In this document: positions 1 through 6,568 of the stretch, piece after piece | How positions within the stretch are numbered: the first letter of the stretch is position 1 | Layout of the letters: each line of letters starts with the position of its first letter | NCBI GenBank assembly: GCA_049314435.1 | Contig: JBMOFD010000051.1 | Location: forward strand, 1 to 13,862 | Reading direction: 5' to 3' | Length of the DNA: 13,862 nt | Origin: Chlamydiia bacterium | Lineage (GTDB): Bacteria > Chlamydiota > Chlamydiia > Chlamydiales > JBMOFD01 | Notes under the pieces: model-generated | What the model saw: the letters and a program-made list of their open reading frames with translations, nothing else | What the model was told of the DNA's origin: nothing | The model's database searches: none | Position numbers and translations under genes: made by a program

Positions 1-53
1 CCGCCCTGCACCCGCTGGAAGACTGTCGTCTCCCAGACCCTCTATGCATGTTT

Positions 54-3000
54 TTATGGGCGTTGAGCAGGGGCTTCTGGGCTGATGAGTTCCGTTAACG
101 CCTTGCTCAGAGCCACGAGTTGCGGTTGAAGAGGTCGTGTGGGGGAGTGATCAGACAGCAGTGATTGCATGACCTCAGTGAGCTCACGAAGAGCCTGCTG
201 ACGTATGGATGTTTGCTCAGGGGCTGCGAGAGTTGGGTCCGCAGATCTGTGCCAGATCGTGCAAGCCCATTGAATACGTCCCTTTAGGGCGCTCGCTGGC
301 ACGCCATCTCTAATGATCCCACGGAGCTGTTCATCCAAGTTGAGGTTCGTCAGTGCCGCCACAAGGGCTGAGCAGGTGACTTCGAGTTCCTCTTTAGAGC
401 GTGTTGCGGGTGGCGCAGATGCGGGGATCTCTTGGACGGCTGGAGGAGCTACTTCAGGGGAGGGCTCGATGGGTAGCGGGTTGTCTCGGCGCTGACCCCT
501 CTCGTGCGACTGACCCACTCTCTGCAGAAGAAGCGTGATGGCCTTCTGGATGAGGAGCGGTTGAGCGAGGAGATGCCAGAGGCTGTTGTTGATCTGACCC
601 ACTCCCAGGACGCGCTCAAAGAAGAACTGTGGAATCTGCCGTACGACCGGAGGAGAGTCGATCAGGAGCTCCTCAATGCTGCACCTGGTGTGGTGCTGGT
701 GCCACGATTGGATGATGCGCGTGCGGTACTGCCCCATGACCATCTGGAGGAAGCTCAGCTGCTCTAACCAGGGATCTTCAGCAAGGAGACTCTGGAGGCG
801 GAGGGCTATGGCATCCTGGAGTGCAGCATGGCGGCTGGCTTCCCCAGTCAGTCCAGGGGCGAGAGCGCAGCTCCGGTCGAGGAGTAACAGGAAGGGCTGG
901 GCCAGATCAGTGGAGAGCATCGCAAGCAGCTCGGCCCACAGAGCATGGTCATGGGGTCTTTGTGCGCACTCTCTGAGACTTGAGAGGAGGAACTCGACTC
1001 GGGGATCGAGCGTGGTGCCCTCTTCTACGGCGGGCTCTGCGTCGAACAGCGCGAGAGCGCCTTGTGCCCATTGAAGCCATTGATCCGGGGCTTTCCATTC
1101 ATTAGGAGGCACGTCGGGCATCTCATGACACCACGGAGGTAGAATAAGCTGAGCAGGTGCCGGGCCGTTAGATGGAGATGGGGGCTGAGCCAGCTCCACA
1201 CCTTGACCCTGATCATCAGCAGATGCAATGGGGGCTGGAGGGATGGCCCCGCGTATCAGGCCTGGGTCACATTGGTTTGGATCGTGGAGCGCCAGCAGGA
1301 GTTGCTCGCGGAGCTTTGTGGCGATCGTGGTGCGCCTGACTGTATCGATCAAGGAGGGCTGGAGGTGACGCTGATCCCATAGGAAGTTGAGGGTTGCTGG
1401 GTTGGGAAGTAGAGCGTGGGTGATGCTGGTCGTGAGGGTAGCAGCGGCGAGGGCCAGGTGGCGCCCCTTCCGTTGGGCTTCCGCATGTGCCTTTTGGCTG
1501 AGGGCTCTTAGCTCCTCAGCTTGTCTCATCATCTTAGCTACAGATCTGCGGCTGGCAGGCCACTCTCGCTGGTTGATGTCTCCCCTAGAGGACACCAGGC
1601 TGGGCATGCATAGACGAGCAAAATCGGTGAGCTCATCACACAACGCGCGCTGGGCATTGGAGGGACTCATGAGCTGCACCCGGACCAGCACCTGCTTGGT
1701 AAGCCGCGACAACTTGGTGGAGATCTCCAGCTGCGCCTCCATCGACAGAGCGGTGGCTTGCTCCGGCAGCTCTCGATAGGTCGTTTGGATGACTTGTAGT
1801 ACGTCAGAGGCTGTGCGTAGCGTAGATGTGGTCCGAGCTGCCTGACGATGATGTTCAATGAGTGTCTGGCGTAGCGATGTCGCGGTGCCTTTCAACTGAC
1901 CTATGGCGGTATAAGCCTCCTGGGCCCATGAGAACATGGGATTCCCACCAGGAAAGAGGCTCTTGACGAAGAGCAGTTGCTGTTGCGACTGGGCAATGCA
2001 GGCCAGAAACTGTTGATGTAGGAGGTTACTTTGGGAGGGGCGGCCTTGTGGTGAGGGAGGCCAATACTGGTGGAGCTCATCGAGATGCGTGATGAGGCTC
2101 TCGAACTGCAGCCATCCTTGTAAAACCGTGAGCTGACGCGTTAACTCCTCATAGCGTTCGCTGAGCCGTAGCCGTCGCCACTCCGCAGAGGCCTCTTGTA
2201 GATGGTGGGCTGTCGATTCAATCGCGAGGTTCTCAGCGCTGTGCTGGACCATCCAATGGTGTAGGTGTCTCTGGAGGTCGCGGCCACTCGCCTGCCAGCC
2301 CTCAGCTTGCTCCTTAGGAGACCTAGACTGGTAGACCTCATGAAGTGCTTGATACAGTAGGTGGGCCCTCTGGTGCTGTTCAGAGCGCTCTTCACTGGGC
2401 GAGATCGCCCATAGGTCAAATCGGAGTGCCGCGTGGCCAGAGACTTCCGGGAAGGAGAGGAACTGGAGCGGTTCAAGAGCTCGCCTGTAGAACGCTGTGA
2501 ACTCCTGCCGAAGGTGTCTGAGGGCGGCCCCATTACGGTGGTTCAGCCATGCCTTGGTGGCCCACTGGGCCGTCTCCAGTAGAAGGCTCTCACGCGAGGA
2601 GGTTTGGGCCTGCTCATCGACCTCAGCTGTGGCCAGATTGGGTCGTGGGCTTGGCTGGAACAACCCTCGAGCGACCGCATTGATGAGGTTGGTGGGCACC
2701 ATGATCCGTAAGGACTGGTCTCGAGCCATGAGTTCAAGAAGGGCCGCGCCCCCTTCACCAGCCCCCTCCACGATCTGATCAAACCACTTGGTCAGAGAGA
2801 GCGTCACGCAGGTGGGTAGAGAAGATGATTGCTGTAGGACGCCTAAAAAGGTCCTAGCAAGCTCTTTCACCTCAGACTCAAAATGGGCGTCTCGCGCAGG
2901 CAGAGCCTTTCTAGCCAGATAGCGGAGTCGTTGGAGCTCTTTCGGATTGGGGTAAGGGTGGTCCTGCTGATAGCGGACAAGACCGCGACAGCGTTCCCAG

Positions 3001-4634
3001 ATATCAAGGAGACTCCGGTTGACACTGGGCTTAAGGTTGCCATCAGGGCCCACCATATCCCCGATGATCGATTGGAGCCTCTCGATGACCTTAAATTTGT
3101 CTATACAGTACGTCGCGCCTCGAGCCGCCAAAGGATTGAGACAGTAGCTCTCGATGGCAGAGAGAAGCTGATAGGCGGTCCAGATAAAGGGGACTGTGAT
3201 GAGATAGCGTGCCCAGTGAAGGACCCAATGGAGGCGTGACCAGTGCCAGAAATTCTCGGGTCGCCCTTCCTGAGGACAAGAGGTCGCCGGAGGGATCAGT
3301 GAGAGCTGCTCAGACCAGCAGAAAAGAGAAGAGATCCAGCGCTCTCGACAATAGTGGAGAAAGGAGGTGTAGTTTGGATGAGGCTCTTCGCTTGCGACAA
3401 GGGCTGAAGATGAAGGCTCAGGATCGGCAGAGGAAGACTCACTCACTTCGGCTGGCGGTCGTGGTCCCTCTACAGACGGATAAGCGGCAGACAAGACTTG
3501 CAGCGCCTCTCGCATGACTCGCACTAGCCCAGTCAAGACCCGAACAAAACCTGGCCAGCCCTCGTCTTTGACGGTAGCGTGGCATAGGCTCCGATGGATG
3601 TCCTCGGTGACTCTATGAGTCGCATGCTGCAGGATCGGCAAAAGAACATAGTAGGCACAACGCGCTACCAGAAGTCTTAGCCAACCACATTGGTAGTCCT
3701 GAAGCATCTTGAGAAAGAGAGACCGACAGTGTGGGCTAAACTGACCCTCTTCAACGGCTGGAGGAGCCTCATTAGGTGGGATCTGGCTGGAAGCCAGCCA
3801 ATCCGTAAGGCCGGCCTCGGCACTTCTCATGCAACAGAAGAGACTGCCACTACCAGGCTCAGGAAGAGCTTCCCACTCGCAGGCCTCACCCGCTTCGCCA
3901 GCACTCTCTCGGAGCCAACCCTCTTCAGGCGCAGCATCGCCCGATACGAGGAGGCTTTTAATCACCAGCATGGTGATGAAGTGCGCCAGGCGATCCCCCA
4001 CGTAGGAGAGGGCATCGGTCTGCTGTTGTCGCAGCAGCTCCACCTGCTCATCGACCGATCGCTGCGCAGGGGAATAGGACTGAGGTTGGTTCCCAGCTAT
4101 ATAACGAGCGACTTGCCCTAAGAGGGCATGCTGTTCAGGAGGGAGCGATGACGCTCCCTCCTCGTTCTGAATGTCTAGAGGTACAACCTCTTGAGTAGAC
4201 TCAGAGACAGAGTCAGAGGAGGAGGCTCTATCGTCCGATAGATAATGTTGCATGGCACGTTCACGCAATTCCCGACTCTCTAGACGTCGTTGCAGGGCCG
4301 CGTGTCGTTGAGTTCCAGGCTCAGCCGCTGTAAGAAGCCTTCTGGCCTCGTCAAACCGACCTTGGCCAAGAGCCCCCTCAAAGGCGTCCGCCTCATGAAC
4401 ATGTCGAAGATCGTTCCACGCCTCTACCGAGACATGGATGAACGGTTTGGCAACCTTACTGACAAGCCCGATGGTTCCAGCGACTCCATCGATCGACTTA
4501 AAGAACCATCTCTTCCACCGGCTGCTGGGAGTTGTGAATGTGGTGGTGCCATCCGAGAAGGGTTCAGGCGGTTGAATAGGGCTATAACGCCCTGAAGAGG
4601 AAAGTCCGCTGCTTTGAAACGACAATCGCACCAC
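54..4634 (-). CDS. Large hypothetical protein (1526 aa), candidate secreted or membrane-associated effector
   Basis: Uninterrupted 4.6-kb ORF with GTG start (4634 or 4631) and TAA stop, preceded by an AT-rich intergenic region. Ser/Thr/Pro-rich N-terminus, several hydrophobic helices in the first third, long Leu/Gln/Ala-rich helical middle, Pro-rich linkers and a small helical C-terminal module. No family recognised for the whole protein. Confidence 0.9.
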   Translation of the reverse strand: MVRLSFQSSGLSSSGRYSPIQPPEPFSDGTTTFTTPSSRWKRWFFKSIDGVAGTIGLVSKVAKPFIHVSVEAWNDLRHVHEADAFEGALGQGRFDEARRLLTAAEPGTQRHAALQRRLESRELRERAMQHYLSDDRASSSDSVSESTQEVVPLDIQNEEGASSLPPEQHALLGQVARYIAGNQPQSYSPAQRSVDEQVELLRQQQTDALSYVGDRLAHFITMLVIKSLLVSGDAAPEEGWLRESAGEAGEACEWEALPEPGSGSLFCCMRSAEAGLTDWLASSQIPPNEAPPAVEEGQFSPHCRSLFLKMLQDYQCGWLRLLVARCAYYVLLPILQHATHRVTEDIHRSLCHATVKDEGWPGFVRVLTGLVRVMREALQVLSAAYPSVEGPRPPAEVSESSSADPEPSSSALVASEEPHPNYTSFLHYCRERWISSLFCWSEQLSLIPPATSCPQEGRPENFWHWSRLHWVLHWARYLITVPFIWTAYQLLSAIESYCLNPLAARGATYCIDKFKVIERLQSIIGDMVGPDGNLKPSVNRSLLDIWERCRGLVRYQQDHPYPNPKELQRLRYLARKALPARDAHFESEVKELARTFLGVLQQSSSLPTCVTLSLTKWFDQIVEGAGEGGAALLELMARDQSLRIMVPTNLINAVARGLFQPSPRPNLATAEVDEQAQTSSRESLLLETAQWATKAWLNHRNGAALRHLRQEFTAFYRRALEPLQFLSFPEVSGHAALRFDLWAISPSEERSEQHQRAHLLYQALHEVYQSRSPKEQAEGWQASGRDLQRHLHHWMVQHSAENLAIESTAHHLQEASAEWRRLRLSERYEELTRQLTVLQGWLQFESLITHLDELHQYWPPSPQGRPSQSNLLHQQFLACIAQSQQQLLFVKSLFPGGNPMFSWAQEAYTAIGQLKGTATSLRQTLIEHHRQAARTTSTLRTASDVLQVIQTTYRELPEQATALSMEAQLEISTKLSRLTKQVLVRVQLMSPSNAQRALCDELTDFARLCMPSLVSSRGDINQREWPASRRSVAKMMRQAEELRALSQKAHAEAQRKGRHLALAAATLTTSITHALLPNPATLNFLWDQRHLQPSLIDTVRRTTIATKLREQLLLALHDPNQCDPGLIRGAIPPAPIASADDQGQGVELAQPPSPSNGPAPAQLILPPWCHEMPDVPPNEWKAPDQWLQWAQGALALFDAEPAVEEGTTLDPRVEFLLSSLRECAQRPHDHALWAELLAMLSTDLAQPFLLLLDRSCALAPGLTGEASRHAALQDAIALRLQSLLAEDPWLEQLSFLQMVMGQYRTRIIQSWHQHHTRCSIEELLIDSPPVVRQIPQFFFERVLGVGQINNSLWHLLAQPLLIQKAITLLLQRVGQSHERGQRRDNPLPIEPSPEVAPPAVQEIPASAPPATRSKEELEVTCSALVAALTNLNLDEQLRGIIRDGVPASALKGRIQWACTIWHRSADPTLAAPEQTSIRQQALRELTEVMQSLLSDHSPTRPLQPQLVALSKALTELISPEAPAQRP

Positions 4635-4799
4635 GCGTTGTTAGACAGATATCGTTCCCAGTAAGGTCAATTTTTTCCAAGCCAATAGTTAGAAAGGCGT
4701 TGAATAAAAATTAAAATGTAGCTCAACAAAAATTGATGATTAGTAGGTCGTTTTGCTGATCATACCCGTAGGGTGGGCGATGTTTTTGGTGCAAAGAGG

Positions 4800-4829
4800 T
4801 AGCGAACTATGTTCGCTAGCCCATAGAAT
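4800..4829 (+). promoter_or_regulatory. Candidate ffs promoter region: -10-like TAGAAT with an upstream perfect inverted repeat
   Basis: TAGAAT at 4824-4829 lies 6 nt before the predicted SRP RNA 5' end. TAGCGAAC-TAT-GTTCGCTA (4800-4818) covers the expected -35/spacer. No good -35 hexamer. Confidence 0.4.
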
Positions 4830-4835
4830 GGCTGG

Positions 4836-4931
4836 GCCGGTGATCTCTTAGAGCGGCACAGCCCGAACCAGGTCAGGATCGGAAGGTAGCAGCCTTAAGG
4901 GCGCTGGCTGTGCTTGGAGGCCTTCGCCGGC
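4836..4931 (+). ncRNA. ffs: Signal recognition particle RNA (small bacterial 4.5S type)
   Basis: Contains the conserved domain IV signature CCAGGTCAGGATCGGAAGGTAGCAGCC with GGAA tetraloop. Terminal stem GCCGGTGA (4836-4843)/TCGCCGGC (4924-4931), inner GCACAGCC/GGCTGTGC helix, ~96 nt, followed directly by a T-run (4933-4938). Confidence 0.95.
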
Positions 4932-5007
4932 ATTTTTTCCCTTACATTTTTTTCGAAGTGTCAGTGAGCCGCGTGACTGCGTCTCACCAACAGAACATCT
5001 TGTGCAT

Positions 5008-6180
5008 CTAACGAGGCAAGAGCTCGATGATGGCTGGGATGAGAGCGACCGCACCGATGGCCATCCAGAGCAGCGGTTCCCAGCGATGGAGCTGAAGCCT
5101 CTGCATACGCACGGCTCCGAACAGCATAGCGATCGGCAGGCACCCGTTGAGCAACGTCACCCCAAATCCTCCAGCTGCTGACAGGGCTCGCCCGAAGATA
5201 TCAGGATAGATCTGAGCTGCGATCCATGCCGATCCAACCAGAAGAAGCAGTGAGGCCAGGTAGCGTCGCTCACCCCAACGCTGGCGCATCACTTCCAGGC
5301 CAGCTTGGGCTACGCCTAGGAATGAGGTCGCCATGGCCAAATAGGCAAAGAGTAGGGAGGCGATAGAAAAGAGCGTCGCCCATGAGGACTTCATGGCCAC
5401 GCTACAGGTCACCGGCTGTCCCAGACGAGCAATCTCAGAGAGTTCCGCTTGGTTGAGGCATCCGAAGACAAGTGCCTGCCATCCCAAGATCAAGCCCAAC
5501 GCGAGGCTGGTCCCGAGAAGGACGGCCCGAGTCAGCCGCTTGAGATCGGGTCCCATGCGCATGCGCACAGTAGGGAGCACGTTGTGGAATCCGAAAGCTG
5601 CAAACAGCACAGGAAGAGCCCACCACCATCCGGAGAGCTTCTGGGTTCCGGATAGGAGTCTCTCGCCATCCCATTGGGGTCCCGCAAGAAGAGCAAAGAG
5701 CAGTCCTACTGCGATCAACAAGGTGAAGAGCCAGCTATTGATGCGGGAGGTGGTCGCGCGTCCCCGACTCAGGGCGATGCCAAGAGGTATGACAAAGAGC
5801 AGCGAGGTGCAGAAGGAGGGTAAGGGGCCGTTGGGAACGAGGGCAGCGCCACCGGCGCAGTAGGCGACGAGAAGCAGCCAGATCAGTCCCATGAAGATCA
5901 GCGAGATGACTGGCTGCCAGCGATGACCCAGCCACCGGCCGACCAGGCTGAGAAAGCTCTGCTGGTCTGGACTCACGGACAACACCCTACAAAAGGCCAG
6001 GCCAGTTGCCGTTAGGCAGGCCCATGCAATGAGAGAGGCGATACATGCTTGAGCAAAGCCGCCTTGGAAGGTGTAGAGCGGGATGGCTAACATCCCCCCG
6101 CCTATAGCGGTGCCTGCAACAAGAGCCGCGCCTTCCCAAAGGCTGCCTTGCTCTTCTACAGCAATAGAAGTGCGGTGCAT
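5008..6180 (-). CDS. tyrP: Aromatic amino acid permease, HAAAP family (TyrP/Mtr-like)
   Basis: 390 aa, about 11 hydrophobic segments; family motifs GAALVAGTAIGGGMLAIP, LPVLFAAFGFHNVLPTV and LAMATSFLGVAQ. Tyr versus Trp specificity cannot be decided by eye, so the symbol is tentative. Confidence 0.88.
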   Translation of the reverse strand: MHRTSIAVEEQGSLWEGAALVAGTAIGGGMLAIPLYTFQGGFAQACIASLIAWACLTATGLAFCRVLSVSPDQQSFLSLVGRWLGHRWQPVISLIFMGLIWLLLVAYCAGGAALVPNGPLPSFCTSLLFVIPLGIALSRGRATTSRINSWLFTLLIAVGLLFALLAGPQWDGERLLSGTQKLSGWWWALPVLFAAFGFHNVLPTVRMRMGPDLKRLTRAVLLGTSLALGLILGWQALVFGCLNQAELSEIARLGQPVTCSVAMKSSWATLFSIASLLFAYLAMATSFLGVAQAGLEVMRQRWGERRYLASLLLLVGSAWIAAQIYPDIFGRALSAAGGFGVTLLNGCLPIAMLFGAVRMQRLQLHRWEPLLWMAIGAVALIPAIIELLPR

Positions 6181-6328
6181 AGATTCACACGGTTAAAAAA
6201 TGATCTAGGACGATGGTCCCTGGCTCGACTTGGCTTGCGATGTGGGGCTCTGTGGGGGCGGGCAGAGCATCCCGTTTAGGAAAAGAATCGACGCGTTCGC
6301 GTCGGATAGAAGTAGGACGTTCCAAATG

Positions 6329-6498
6329 CCTTTGCGGCAGGAGGACTCACTAAGGAAAGTAAAGCGTCCGAGAACTGATCCATGGGCATAATGATAACAC
6401 CGGGAGTGGATTTTTAGGAACCAGTTCTCCTGGGATAGCAAGCGATTTGCGTGGCGTCGTGATCAGTTCAAGAGGTGACTTGCCAAAGGACCCACAGG
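6329..6498 (+). ncRNA. Candidate structured ncRNA, 6S RNA-like long irregular hairpin
   Basis: Nested complementarity: CCTTT..GGCAG (6329-6340)/TTGCCAAAGG (6480-6489); TCACT (6347-6351)/GGTGA (6474-6478); GAACTGATC (6372-6380)/GATCAGTTC (6461-6469); CCGGGAG (6400-6406)/CTCCTGG (6427-6433); weakly paired central region. G-U pairs favour the + strand. Ends are approximate. Confidence 0.4.
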
Positions 6499-6532
6499 AA
6501 AAGGCTGGGTAGCCATCTTTCGTTGAAGTGGA

Positions 6533-6563
6533 CATCTCGATCGGCTTTTAGCCGATCGAGATG
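6533..6563. terminator. Perfect 14-bp hairpin, probable terminator or 3' stabilising stem
   Basis: CATCTCGATCGGCT-TTT-AGCCGATCGAGATG, 5 nt beyond the stop codon of the 6569..7873 gene. No clear U-tract on either strand. Confidence 0.65.
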
Positions 6564-6568
6564 GGAAG

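Noticed and set aside
313..4595. Many 60-143 aa ORFs inside the giant gene
   Set aside because: Antisense or alternate-frame shadows expected in GC-rich coding DNA; no motifs.
4594..4610. GAAGAGGAAAGTCCG resembles the 5' conserved motif of RNase P RNA
   Set aside because: No complementary 3' P4 strand (AGAACCCGGCTTA-like) downstream, it lies antisense within the giant ORF, and the SRP RNA occupies the downstream space.
4760..4835. Small hairpins upstream of ffs as a possible Alu domain of a long SRP RNA
   Set aside because: The RNA closes on itself at 4836/4931 and is followed by a T-run; there is no 3' segment to pair with an extended 5' domain.
4848..5143. ORFs 4848..5054 and 4961..5143 on -
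   Set aside because: They overlap the permease 3' end out of frame, and the first runs antisense across the SRP RNA.
6181..6530. T-box, TPP or purine riboswitch, or TrpR operator upstream of the permease
   Set aside because: No T-box GGTGGNACC antiterminator, no TPP CTGAGA motif, no purine-switch core and no ACTAGT-type TrpR palindrome on the sense strand.
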